A DNA stretch of 64,000 nucleotides from the NCBI GenBank assembly GCA_046292385.1, contig JBKBRF010000001.1, positions 191,305-255,304 on the forward strand, written 5' to 3'. The notes under the pieces are model-generated. The model was not told where the DNA came from. It did no database searches and saw nothing but the letters and a program-made list of their open reading frames with translations. Position 1 is the first letter of the stretch; each line of letters opens with the position of its first letter. Of this stretch, positions 19,949 to 30,522 are shown one piece after another. Source of the DNA: Armatimonadota bacterium. Lineage in GTDB: Bacteria > Armatimonadota > SYMT01. Made by a program: the position numbers and the translations under genes.

Positions 19949-21139
19949 ATGATGGTGCAGTTCGCCCGCCGGATGATGACGGAGCCGGATCCCCGGCTCC
20001 TCTGGAAAATCGGCTACAACTTCGGCTTCAAGGGGATGCTCTCCGTCAACCGCTTCAAGAAGCGGCTCAAGCAGGGGATCCACTTCCCGCCGTTCCTCTT
20101 CATCTCGATCATCAATAGCTGCCAGCTCCGCTGCCAGGGCTGCTGGGTCGACGTCGCCTCCCCCCGCAAGATGATCACGCTGGAGGAGATGAACCGGATC
20201 ATCAACGACGCCAAGCGCCACGGGAACAGCTTCTTCGGCATCCTGGGCGGCGAGCCGTTCCTCCACCCGCAGCTTCTCGACATCCTGGCGGCCCACCCGG
20301 ACTGCTACTTCCAGATCTTCACCAACGGCCAGCTCATCACCGACGAGGTGGCGAAGGAGCTGCGCCGTCTCGGGAATGCGAGCCCGCTCATCAGCATCGA
20401 GGGCACCGAGATCGTCAGCGACGCGCGCCGCGGCCGGCTCAACGTGCTGAACAAGACGCTGGAAGGGCTGGCGAACTGCCGCAAGCACCGCCTGATCACC
20501 GGTGTGGCGACCAGCGTCTGCCAGACCAACATCGACCTGGTGAGCGAGTCGTGGCTCCGTAAGCTGATCGATCTTGGAGCCCACTACGCCTGGTTCCACA
20601 CCTATCGGGTAGTCGGCCCCGTTCCGCACTCGGAGCTGGCGCTCTCGCCGGAGCAGGTGCTGCAGGTGCGGCGGTTCGTCGTCGAGATGCGCAAGAAGCT
20701 CCCGATCGCGATCGTCGACGCCTACTGGGACGACAAGGGCGAAGCGCTCTGCCCCATGGCGACCGGCGTGAGCCACCACATCGGCCCCGGCGGCGACATC
20801 GAGCCGTGCCCGATCATCCAGTTCGCCCGGGAGAACATCCGGGACCGGGAGAGCCTCTACGAGACGCTCACCGGCTCCGAGTTCCTGCAGGACTTCCGCC
20901 GCACCGCCGCGAAGGCGACCCGCGGGTGCATCGTGCTGGAGCGCCCGGACCTGGTGCAGGAGCTGGTCGCCCGCCACGGCGCGCGAGACACCACCCAGCG
21001 CGGCACCGCGCTGGCGGAGATGGCGGCGCTGGAGCCGCGCACCAGCCAGCACAACCCCGGCAACGAGATTCCGGAAGACCACTGGGCCTACCGGTTCGCA
21101 AAGAAGCACTGGTTCTTCGGATTCGGAGCCTACACCTAA
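19949..21139 (+). CDS. Radical SAM protein with SPASM/Twitch-like C-terminus
   Basis: CQLRCQGC, LGGEP, FTNG, ISIEG, C-terminal CPMA...HIGPGGDIEPCP...GC. Confidence 0.9.
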   Translation: MMVQFARRMMTEPDPRLLWKIGYNFGFKGMLSVNRFKKRLKQGIHFPPFLFISIINSCQLRCQGCWVDVASPRKMITLEEMNRIINDAKRHGNSFFGILGGEPFLHPQLLDILAAHPDCYFQIFTNGQLITDEVAKELRRLGNASPLISIEGTEIVSDARRGRLNVLNKTLEGLANCRKHRLITGVATSVCQTNIDLVSESWLRKLIDLGAHYAWFHTYRVVGPVPHSELALSPEQVLQVRRFVVEMRKKLPIAIVDAYWDDKGEALCPMATGVSHHIGPGGDIEPCPIIQFARENIRDRESLYETLTGSEFLQDFRRTAAKATRGCIVLERPDLVQELVARHGARDTTQRGTALAEMAALEPRTSQHNPGNEIPEDHWAYRFAKKHWFFGFGAYT

Positions 21140-21220
21140 AAGCTAAAGGCTAAAGGCTAAAGGCTAAAGGCTAAAGGCTAAAGGCTAAAGGCTAAAGGCT
21201 AAAGGCTAAAGGCTAAAGGC
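21136..21220 (+). repeat. Tandem heptamer array CTAAAAG(CTAAAGG)11
   Basis: 11 perfect units plus 1 variant; the first unit contains the radical SAM TAA. Confidence 0.97.
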
Positions 21221-21237
21221 CTGCCTAACACCGATAG

Positions 21238-21336
21238 CTCCCCTCTCCTCGCAGGAGAGGGGCCGGGGGTGAGGCCGCGGTCGAATGCCTGGCTCTCGTG
21301 CACGCTGTCGGTCATCCTGAACGGAGTGAAGGATCT
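21238..21336. repeat. REP-like elements (CCCTCTCC hairpin family and GTCATCCTGA...GAAGGATCT type)
   Basis: 21253-21279 is the exact reverse complement of 29532-29558; GTCATCCTGAACGGAGTGAAGGATCT at 21311-21336. Confidence 0.7.
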
Positions 21337-21457
21337 CGGCAGCCGGATTGGGACGAGAAACGCATGAGGGTGAAGTGGTAGCGCCCCCGGCGAAGTGAGA
21401 GTCTTCCGGCAGAACCTGCCGAAAGCAGCAGAGACGCTACGAAAAGGGACCCCACGC

Positions 21458-23173
21458 ATGCAGCAGCTTCCGATATTGCAGCTTCCGCGCGCCGTGCCGC
21501 CGGAGCGAGAGCGCCAGCCGCAGGCGAACATTCCGCAAACCCGCGGCGAGCGGGAGAAGGCGAAGGAGCTGGCCGCCGCCTACGTGGAGAAGACGCGCCC
21601 GGTGACGCCGCTCTCCGCCGCGGAGCTGCGGGAGCACGCGGAGGCGTTCGTCCGCCAGTACGAGCTCTCCGGGGCCTACACCGACTACTACGGGGTGCTG
21701 CTGAACAACGAGGCGTGGCGGGAGCACCTGGCGGGCATCCCGTACGAGCGGCGGCTCCTGCTGCTGCCAAAGTGCCTGCGCGTGGAAGACAAGTGCCCCG
21801 CGCCGTTCGACGACTTCGGACTGCTCTGCAAGCGCTGCGGCCTCTGCTCCATCCAGGAGCTCCAGGAAGAGGCGGAGCGGCTCGGCTACGCCGTGCTGGT
21901 GGCGGAGGGCTCCGCGCTGGTGATGGCGATCATCCAGACCGGAAGGATCGACGCGATCGTCGGCGTGAGCTGCCTGAACGTGCTGGAGCGGGCCTTCCCG
22001 TATATGGAAGCCGCCGCCGTCCCCGGCATCGCGATCCCGCTGCTGCAGGATGACTGCAAAGACACCTCGGTCGACATGGAGTGGATCTGGGACGTGATCC
22101 ACCTGACCAGCGACGACCGCACGCGCCGGATGGACCTGGACGGGCTGCGGCGGCGGGTCGACGCCTGGTTCACCCCGGAGGCGCTGGCGGAGCTGCTCGG
22201 CCCCGCGGCGGGGGAGACCGACGAGATCGCCCGGGGCTGGCTCGCTCGCGCCGGCAAGCGGTGGCGGCCGTTCCTCACCGTCTGCGCCTGGAGCGCGCTG
22301 CAAGAGGACCCGAACGCGGAGCCGCCGGCCGACCTGCGCCGCATCGCTCTCGCGGTGGAGTGCTTCCACAAGGCGTCGCTGATCCACGACGACATCGAGG
22401 ACCAGGACGAGCGCCGCTACGGCGAGCGCACGCTCCACGAGGAGCACGGGGTGCCGGTGGCGCTGAACGTGGGCGACCTGCTCCTGGGCGAGGGCTACCG
22501 CCTCCTGGCGGAGTGCGAGGCGCCGGCGCCGGTCCGCTCGGAGATGCTGCGCCTGGCCGCCTCCGGCCACCGCACGCTCTGCCTGGGGCAGGGCGCGGAG
22601 CTGAGCTGGACCCGCGCGCCGCGGCCGCTGTCGTCGCTGGAAGTGCTCGACATCTTCCGTCGCAAGACCGCGCCCGCGTTCGAGGTCGCGCTGCGGCTCG
22701 GGGCGGTCTACGCCGGGGCCGGGCCGGAGGTGGCGGAGGTGCTGGCGCGCTACAGCGAGGCGCTCGGCATTGCCTACCAGATCCGCGACGACCTGAGCGA
22801 CCTGGAGAACCCGCAGGACGGCGACGACCTCGCCGCCGCGCGGCCGACGCTGCCGCTGGCCGTCGCGCTGGAGAAGTCGAAGAAGGACGACCGCGAGCTG
22901 CTGGAGGCGGCGTGGCGGCGGGAGGCGGTCGACCCGGAGGCGGTGCGCGCCGCGATCTCCCGGCTGCAGGCGGACGAGCGCTGCCGCGCGCTGCTCGACT
23001 CCTACAAGGAAGAGGCGGTGCGCTCGCTGGTGGAGCTGGAGCATCCGAGCCTGAAGGGGCTGCTCCGCCGCGTGATCAGCAAGATCTTCAGCATCGAGGT
23101 AAAGGGCTGGTGCAGTGAGTTTGAGGCTCGAAATGCTGCAGGTCGCGAGGCTGGCACCGCGGCTGCTGTCTGA
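21458..23173 (+). CDS. DUF116-like Cys-rich domain fused to a trans-polyprenyl diphosphate synthase
   Basis: N-part LLLPKCLR..C..CKRCGLC..GVSC..IPL..C.DTSVD; C-part GKRWRP, LIHDDIED (FARM), RRY, GQ, KT, QIRDDLSD (SARM). Confidence 0.85.
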   Translation: MQQLPILQLPRAVPPERERQPQANIPQTRGEREKAKELAAAYVEKTRPVTPLSAAELREHAEAFVRQYELSGAYTDYYGVLLNNEAWREHLAGIPYERRLLLLPKCLRVEDKCPAPFDDFGLLCKRCGLCSIQELQEEAERLGYAVLVAEGSALVMAIIQTGRIDAIVGVSCLNVLERAFPYMEAAAVPGIAIPLLQDDCKDTSVDMEWIWDVIHLTSDDRTRRMDLDGLRRRVDAWFTPEALAELLGPAAGETDEIARGWLARAGKRWRPFLTVCAWSALQEDPNAEPPADLRRIALAVECFHKASLIHDDIEDQDERRYGERTLHEEHGVPVALNVGDLLLGEGYRLLAECEAPAPVRSEMLRLAASGHRTLCLGQGAELSWTRAPRPLSSLEVLDIFRRKTAPAFEVALRLGAVYAGAGPEVAEVLARYSEALGIAYQIRDDLSDLENPQDGDDLAAARPTLPLAVALEKSKKDDRELLEAAWRREAVDPEAVRAAISRLQADERCRALLDSYKEEAVRSLVELEHPSLKGLLRRVISKIFSIEVKGWCSEFEARNAAGREAGTAAAV

Positions 23174-23999
23174 TTCCGCCGAGCTCGTCGCCGACTTCCT
23201 GCGCTCCCAGCTCCACCCGGACGGCGGCTTCTGCGACCGCGCCGGGGAGAGCGACCTCTACTACACCGTCTTCGGCCTGGAGGGCCTGCTCGCTCTCCAG
23301 GCCGACCTGCCGGTCTCGCAGATCGCCGCCTACCTGCGCCGCTTCGGCGACGGGGACGGCCTCGACTTCATCCATCTCACCTGCCTCGCCCGCGGCTGGG
23401 CCGCGCTGCCGCTGCCGCTGCGCGCGGAGGTGCCGAGAGACGCCATCGCCGCCCGGCTGGAGACGCACCGCTCCGCGGACGGCGGCTATCACACGGAGCC
23501 AGGGACGGAGCGGGGCACCGTCTACGGCTGCTTCATGGCGCTCGGCGGCTACCAGGACCTGGGACTGCCGCTGCCCGATCCGGAGGGGGTGCTGCGGTGT
23601 GTCCGCAGCCTGCGCGCGTTCGACGGCGGCTACGCCAACCAGGAAGAGGTCCCGATGGGGCTCACTCCCTCCACGGCGGCGGCGGCGACCCTGCTCCGCC
23701 ACCTGGGCGAGCCGGCGGAGCCGGCGCTGGCGGAGTGGCTGCTGGCGCGCTGCCTGCCGGAAGGCGGCTTCTTCGCGACGCCGGTCGCGCCGATCCCCGA
23801 CCTCCTCTCCACCGCCACCGCGCTTCACGCCCTCTCCGGCCTGAAAGCGGACTACGAGGCGGTGCGGGAGCCGTGCCTCGACTTCGTCGACAGCCTCTGG
23901 ACCAACCGCGGCGCCTTCTACGGCAACTGGACCGACGACTGCGCCGACTGCGAGTACACCTACTACGGCCTCCTCTCGCTGGGGCATCTGAGCCTGTGA
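23115..23999 (+). CDS. Prenyltransferase/squalene-oxidase-repeat barrel protein (GGTase-beta-like)
   Basis: Repeated QW-like motifs (QLHPDGGF, RSADGGY, RAFDGGY, LPEGGF), SDLYYT, DCEYTYYG; alternative ATG at 23133. Confidence 0.8.
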   Translation: MSLRLEMLQVARLAPRLLSDSAELVADFLRSQLHPDGGFCDRAGESDLYYTVFGLEGLLALQADLPVSQIAAYLRRFGDGDGLDFIHLTCLARGWAALPLPLRAEVPRDAIAARLETHRSADGGYHTEPGTERGTVYGCFMALGGYQDLGLPLPDPEGVLRCVRSLRAFDGGYANQEEVPMGLTPSTAAAATLLRHLGEPAEPALAEWLLARCLPEGGFFATPVAPIPDLLSTATALHALSGLKADYEAVREPCLDFVDSLWTNRGAFYGNWTDDCADCEYTYYGLLSLGHLSL

Positions 24000-24009
24000 G
24001 GGGCCGCGC

Positions 24010-25857
24010 GTGATCGACCTCCGTACCCTCGACGAGACCCTCGCCGCCTCCCGCGCGCGCCTGCTCTCGGAGCGGAACGCCGCGGGCCACTGGGAGGGGG
24101 AGCTCTCCTCCAGCGCCCTCTCCACCGCCACCGCCCTCTTCGCCCTGCACCTGGCGGGGCGTGTCCGCCCGGACGATCCGGACTACTCCGAGCTGGTGCG
24201 GGGTGGGGTCCGCTGGCTGACGGAGCACCGGAACGCGGACGGCGGCTGGGGCGACACCACTCTGAGCGTGAGCAACATCAGCACCACGGCGCTCTGCTGG
24301 GCCGCGCTCTCCGCCGTGCTCGGTCCGGACGCCGAGCCGGTGCGGGCCGCGGAAGCCTGGCTCCAGCAGGCCGCCGGCTCGACGGAGCCCGCGCCGCTCG
24401 CCCGCGCCATCGCAGACCGGTACGGGAAAGACCGCACCTTCTCCGTCCCGATCCTCACGATGTGCGCGCTCGCCGGCCGGCTGGGGAAAGGCGTCGAGGG
24501 CTGGCGCCACGTGCCGCACCTGCCGTTCGAGCTCGCCGCCTGCCCGCACGACTGGTTCCGCTGGCTCAAGCTCCCGGTCGTGAGCTACGCCCTCCCGGCG
24601 CTGATCGCCATCGGCCAGGCGGGGCACTACCACCGGCCGTCGTGGAACCCGGCCGGGCGCCTGGTCCGTGCGCTGGCGAAGCCGCGGACGCTGCGGGTGC
24701 TGGAAGAGATCCAGCCGGAAGGGGGCGGCTTCCTGGAGGCGACCCCGCTGACCAGTTTCGTCGCGATGAGCCTGCTTGGAGCGGGGGAGGGGCGGCAGCC
24801 GGTGGTGACCCGCTGCCTGGAGTTCCTCGTCCGCTCCGTACGTCCCGACGGAAGCTGGCCGATCGACACCAATCTCGCCACCTGGGTCACCACGCTCTCC
24901 GTGAACGCGCTCGCCGCTGGCGATGCGGTGGAGAGCGCGCTGGGAGACGACGCCGGCACCCTCCTCGCCTGGCTGCTGCGCCAGCAGTACCGGGAGGTGC
25001 ACCCCTACACCCGCGCGGCGCCGGGCGGCTGGGCCTGGACCGACCTCCCCGGCGGCGTCCCGGACGCGGACGACACGCCCGGAGCGCTCCTGGCGCTGCG
25101 CCACCTCGGTCCGCCGACACCGGAGGTGCGCTCCGCAGCGGACGCCGGGGTCACCTGGCTCCTCGACCTCCAGAACGCCGACGGCGGGATGCCGACCTTC
25201 TGCCGCGGCTGGGGAGCGCTCCCGTTCGACCGCAGCGGGGCAGACCTCACCGCCCACGCGCTGCTCGCCTGGAACACGTGGCTGCCCGATCTTTCGCCTG
25301 CGGTAGCCGCGCGGGTTCGGCAGGCGATCCCCGCCGCGCTCCGCTACCTCGCCCGGGAACAGCGCCCCGACGGCGCCTGGCTCCCGCTCTGGTTCGGCAA
25401 CCAGCACGCCCACGATGATGCCAACCCGACCTACGGCACCGCCCGCGTGCTGATCGCCCTGGGTGCGCTCGATCCGGCGCGCTATCCGGAAGTCCGCACC
25501 CTCTCCGACCCGGCGGTCCGCTGGCTCCGGCAGGCCCAGAACCCCGACGGAAGCTGGGGCGGAGAGCGGGGCGTCCCCGGCTCCATCGAAGAGACCGCCC
25601 TCGGCGTCCATGCGCTTGCGGTATCCCCCGTCACGCCGGAAAGCGCGGCAGCCCTGGAGCGAGGCGCTGCATGGCTGATCGAGCAAACAGACGGCGGCAA
25701 GAGCTTCCCCGCGTCTCCGATCGGCTTCTACTTCGCCCGCCTCTGGTACTGGGAGCGTCTCTACCCCCTCATCTTCTCCGTCGCCGCCCTCGGCGCCGCG
25801 CGAAAGGCGCTCGGTAAGGGGAGCGTTCCCGAAACGGAGAACAAGACGGATGGGTAA
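24010..25857 (+). CDS. Class II terpene cyclase, squalene-hopene cyclase-like
   Basis: HWEGELSSS, QW motifs (RNADGGWG, QNADGG, QRPDGAW, QNPDGSWG), catalytic PDADDT (DxDD), GFYFARLWY. Confidence 0.88.
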   Translation: MIDLRTLDETLAASRARLLSERNAAGHWEGELSSSALSTATALFALHLAGRVRPDDPDYSELVRGGVRWLTEHRNADGGWGDTTLSVSNISTTALCWAALSAVLGPDAEPVRAAEAWLQQAAGSTEPAPLARAIADRYGKDRTFSVPILTMCALAGRLGKGVEGWRHVPHLPFELAACPHDWFRWLKLPVVSYALPALIAIGQAGHYHRPSWNPAGRLVRALAKPRTLRVLEEIQPEGGGFLEATPLTSFVAMSLLGAGEGRQPVVTRCLEFLVRSVRPDGSWPIDTNLATWVTTLSVNALAAGDAVESALGDDAGTLLAWLLRQQYREVHPYTRAAPGGWAWTDLPGGVPDADDTPGALLALRHLGPPTPEVRSAADAGVTWLLDLQNADGGMPTFCRGWGALPFDRSGADLTAHALLAWNTWLPDLSPAVAARVRQAIPAALRYLAREQRPDGAWLPLWFGNQHAHDDANPTYGTARVLIALGALDPARYPEVRTLSDPAVRWLRQAQNPDGSWGGERGVPGSIEETALGVHALAVSPVTPESAAALERGAAWLIEQTDGGKSFPASPIGFYFARLWYWERLYPLIFSVAALGAARKALGKGSVPETENKTDG

Positions 25858-26123
25858 CCGTTACTCGTCATCTGTCGCCCATCGGGCGTTTTGGCACGAC
25901 CACCGAGCCGCAGTCCGCCAACCGCCCTGGATATACCCGGCCACGGACATCCGAGGCGCACACGCAAGGATGTCCCCCTGGCAGCGAAGAAAAGCTCATC
26001 CGCGGGTTTGAGGCTGAGGATGATCGCCTCAAGAAGACGCTATAGCGTCACTCCGAAGCCCGTATTGGAGCCGTAGGTCGAAGACGCGGAGCCGTCGGGC
26101 GTTGAAGTCGCGAGAGGTGCGAT

Positions 26124-26390
26124 ATGGCTGGAAAATTCTTAGGACGTGACGCAATCATCGACACCATCAAGAGCGAGCAGCGGACTAACGCGATTCGGAA
26201 GCGGAGTGGGCTGACAAGGCACCCGGTCCGTGTTACCTCGTGCGGTTGCCCGGATCCCGCGTGCGGCGCATTCCATGTCATCGAGACCGACCGGCTAATC
26301 CCCACGCCAGAGGAGGCGGTAGCCCGGCTGGTAGATGATAATCGCAGGCGCAAGCCGATCAAGATTCATCGAAAGCACGAAGGGCGCTGA
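26124..26390 (+). CDS. Small basic hypothetical protein with a CGCPDPAC..FH motif
   Basis: GAGGTG RBS; 88 aa. Confidence 0.5.
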   Translation: MAGKFLGRDAIIDTIKSEQRTNAIRKRSGLTRHPVRVTSCGCPDPACGAFHVIETDRLIPTPEEAVARLVDDNRRRKPIKIHRKHEGR

Positions 26391-26707
26391 TTAGAGTGGA
26401 CGGGATCATTCACGATGAACAGACCCGCTGGCCCCGGAGCTTTACGCGGCCAGCGTAGCTCGCAGTCCACGGCGTTCCGACAGATGCCGCCTCGGACGCC
26501 CAGGGCCCCCGCGAGATCGCTGCGGCTGCAGTTTGAACGACCACTGCTGTCGGCCCTCGCGCTGTGCCATGGGGGCTCGCCTGGTCCTCGGGATAGCTCC
26601 GACCTGGAGAAGGAGTAGGAGTAGGAGCTGAGGCCGTTGGCTGCCTCCTCCCCCTCATCCCCGTTCCCCATCCCCACATCTCCTTTTCTTACACGCTCTG
26701 GGTTCGT

Positions 26708-26737
26708 TTGACTTCGTTCTGAGCCACCGAGTATACT
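26708..26737 (+). promoter_or_regulatory. Candidate sigma-70 promoter of ffh
   Basis: TTGACT-18 nt-TATACT, 32 nt before the ffh ATG. Confidence 0.6.
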
Positions 26738-26769
26738 GGTCGGGTTTGCCGGTGGACCGGCGCGACACC

Positions 26770-28113
<1,344 letters not shown>

Positions 28114-28190
28114 TCGGCTCCGCCGCGGGCACACCGCTCCCGGCGGATTTATGCTACTCTTTACGCAGTTCGCAGCAGGAGGAGATTCCC

Positions 28191-28490
28191 TTGGTTCGTA
28201 TTCGTCTCACCCGCATGGGCTCGAAGAAGCGGCCCTTCTACCGCATCGTGGTCGCCAACTCGACGTCGCCTCGTGAAGGCCGCGCGATCGACCAGATCGG
28301 CTACTATGATCCGCTGACCGACCCGGCCACCATCAAGATCGACGCGCAGAAGGCGGGCGACTGGCTCCGCAAGGGCGCGCAGCCGACCGAGTCGGTGTCG
28401 CAGCTCTTCCGGCGCAGCGGCCTGCAGGAGCAGATCGACGCGGCCCGCACCGGAGCCGCGGCTCCCGCCGCGACCGCGACCGCCGAGTAA
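28191..28490 (+). CDS. rpsP: 30S ribosomal protein S16
   Basis: TTG start after [26 protein letters not shown]...GYYDP...GAQPTE. Confidence 0.96.
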   Translation: MVRIRLTRMGSKKRPFYRIVVANSTSPREGRAIDQIGYYDPLTDPATIKIDAQKAGDWLRKGAQPTESVSQLFRRSGLQEQIDAARTGAAAPAATATAE

Positions 28491-28560
28491 GCGCCGCCCC
28501 TGAACGCCCGAAAAGGAGCGCACCGGCCGGTGCGCTCCGCGTGCTTGCGAGGAGGCTGAT

Positions 28561-28794
28561 ATGAGGGAAGTGGTGGACGTGCTGGTTCGCGCCCTCGTCG
28601 ACAACCCCGACGCCGTGACGGTGACCGAGGAAGATCGCCGGGGACGGACGGTCTTCCTCCGCGTGAACGTGGGCCCGGGCGACATGGGGAAGGTGATCGG
28701 CCGGCAGGGTCGCATCGCCAATGCCATTCGCCAGGTGGCGAGCGGCGTGGCGGCGCACGACGACCTCCGGGTGGTGGTAGATTTCAGCGACTAG
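28561..28794 (+). CDS. khpA: KH-domain RNA-binding protein (KhpA/YlqC)
   Basis: LVDNPD, DMGKVIGRQGR; GGAGG RBS; conserved position after rpsP. Confidence 0.92.
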   Translation: MREVVDVLVRALVDNPDAVTVTEEDRRGRTVFLRVNVGPGDMGKVIGRQGRIANAIRQVASGVAAHDDLRVVVDFSD

Positions 28795-28993
28795 CCTCGG
28801 GCGGCGCTGAACCGTCTCTCGCGGCTCGCCGCGGGTTGAACGTTCCGGAGAGTCCCGATTTGATGCGGGGCTCTCTTGTTTTGCGGGTAGAGGCGGACCG
28901 GGCCGCGGCGCGGCTCTCCGTCCTCTCTCCCTTCCATTACCGCAGCTACGACTGGTTCTGGCAGCCCTGCCGGAGCTTGCTGGAGAAGTCAGG

Positions 28994-29458
28994 ATGATCA
29001 TCAAGCGCAACGTACTGCTGAAGGCCGTCGTCACCGAGGGCCTGAAGTCGCAGCTCATCGAAGAAGTGCAGGAAGCGATCGGCCAGGTCGAGCAGGCCCA
29101 GGACGAGCTGGAGCGCCAGAGCCGGCGGCTGATGCTGGAGCTGCAGCGCACCGACATGAACCGCGCCATGGCGTTCCGCCAGCAGCTCGAGGTGGAGAAG
29201 CGCCGCCACGAGGATGCCAAGGCGGAGCTCCAGGAATCGCTCCGGCAGTACGAGGCGCTGGAGCTCGGCAGCGAGTTTACCCGCGGCGCCCTGGAGGGAA
29301 GCGTGGAGCTGAAGGTCGGCGACAACATCGCCGAGCGGCTCGGCCTGGCGGAGATCCTGATCGAAGACGACGTGATCAAGGAGATCCGGGACCCGGCCAA
29401 GCGCGAAGGCGACGCCCCGCGCGCGCCGAGCCGGCTAATCCTGCCCGGGCAGAAGTAG
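28994..29458 (+). CDS. ylqD: YlqD family protein
   Basis: IKRNVLLKAVVTE, coiled coil, G..EG.VELKVGD...EILIEDDVIKEIR; synteny with rimM. Confidence 0.85.
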   Translation: MIIKRNVLLKAVVTEGLKSQLIEEVQEAIGQVEQAQDELERQSRRLMLELQRTDMNRAMAFRQQLEVEKRRHEDAKAELQESLRQYEALELGSEFTRGALEGSVELKVGDNIAERLGLAEILIEDDVIKEIRDPAKREGDAPRAPSRLILPGQK

Positions 29459-29531
29459 GCCCGAGGGGCGCGGACTGCGGCTGCGGGCGAGTGCCGGGTG
29501 GGTGCAGCACCCGGCCGGCGGTCCATTCTAT

Positions 29532-29653
29532 CGCGGCCTCACCCCCGGCCCCTCTCCTGGGAGGAGAGGGGCCGGGGGTGTTAACCGAGCCTGCTCCCCC
29601 TTCCCTTTAAGGGAAGGCCTGTCCCCCGCACGGGGGAGGGTGCCGGGGGGGTC
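29532..29653. repeat. REP-like palindrome cluster including a perfect 19-bp stem
   Basis: CACCCCCGGCCCCTCTCCT-GGG-AGGAGAGGGGCCGGGGGTG (29540-29580), followed by further C/G-run hairpins. Confidence 0.85.
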
Positions 29654-29701
29654 GGCCGCGCCGAAGTGCCGGCTTGCCGCCGTCCGTCAGCTCATGGTCC
29701 C

Positions 29702-29823
29702 AGCTGGCGAGGCCGCGCCGGTGTACCGCGGGTCGCCAGCGAGCAAGAGCAGGAGCAGGAGCAGGGCTCTCCGTTCACGGAGGGTTGGGATTCATCCCTC
29801 ATCCCTCATCGTTCATCCCTCGT
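29702..29823 (-). repeat. Dispersed ~90-bp element plus (GGGATGA)-type heptamer array
   Basis: Reverse complement aligns with 36075-36169, 7181-7235 and 6934-6968. Confidence 0.8.
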
Positions 29824-29830
29824 CAGACCC

Positions 29831-30361
29831 ATGGCACGCGAACCCCGTCCTCCCACCGATACCCTGGTCGTCGCCGCCATCGTAGGGGCGCACGGCATCC
29901 GCGGCGAGGTGAAGCTCCGCCCGCTGACCGAGTTTCCCGAGCGTCTCACGAAGGCTCCGGAGCTGCGGCTGCGGTTCCCTAATGGAGAAGAGGCGCGCTA
30001 CCGCCGGCTCGGCACGCGCTGGCACCAGCAGCAGCTCCTCGCTCGGCTGGAGGGCGTCGACAACCGCAGCGACGCCCAGGCGCTGGTCGGGGCAGAGGTC
30101 GTGATCGACGTCTCCGAGGCGCAGCCGCTGCCGGAAGGGCGTTACTACCATCACCAGCTTCTCGGCCTGCGGGTGGTCACCCCGGACGGCGAAGAGCTGG
30201 GGCGCGTGCGGAACATCATCGAGGGCGCTTCGAACGACGTCTACGTCGCCGGCAGGTACATGGTCCCCGCTACCCACGACGCGGTGCTCCGGATCGACCC
30301 GGAGGAAGGGGTGATCGTGGTGCGCAGCCGGGAGTACCTGGAGGGCGAGGAGGTGCGCTAG
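29831..30361 (+). CDS. rimM: Ribosome maturation factor RimM
   Basis: GAHGIRGEVK, LPEGRYY, LLGLRV, LGRV, ASNDVYV. Confidence 0.93.
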   Translation: MAREPRPPTDTLVVAAIVGAHGIRGEVKLRPLTEFPERLTKAPELRLRFPNGEEARYRRLGTRWHQQQLLARLEGVDNRSDAQALVGAEVVIDVSEAQPLPEGRYYHHQLLGLRVVTPDGEELGRVRNIIEGASNDVYVAGRYMVPATHDAVLRIDPEEGVIVVRSREYLEGEEVR

Positions 30362-30379
30362 GCCCTCCGTGCCCAGTCA

Positions 30380-30463
30380 CTCCTACTCCTACTCGTTCTC
30401 GTACTCCTACTCAAAGAGCCCTCCGATCTTGAGAAGGATTACGAGAAGGAGAAGGAGTAAGAG
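30380..30463. repeat. Inverted pair of hexamer arrays (CTCCTA / GAGAAG-GAGTAA)
   Basis: CTCCTACTCCTACTCGTTCTCGTACTCCTACTC, 18-nt spacer, GAGAAGGATTACGAGAAGGAGAAGGAGTAAGAG. Confidence 0.75.
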
Positions 30464-30522
30464 GCCGAACCGTCTGTTCCGCCAGGTTCTGCCGTCCACC
30501 ATTCGCGTCTGATCGCAACGCA

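Noticed and set aside
6878..21220. Tandem arrays as CRISPR
   Set aside because: Contiguous 7-mers with no spacers and no cas genes
24010..25857. Standard hopanoid (hpn/shc) cluster
   Set aside because: No hpnCDE or other recognisable hpn genes; the substrate is unproven
26650..26685. Octamer-like pyrimidine tracts (also about 7345-7380 and 9620-9657)
   Set aside because: Too degenerate to define units confidently; possibly part of the same repeat phenomenon
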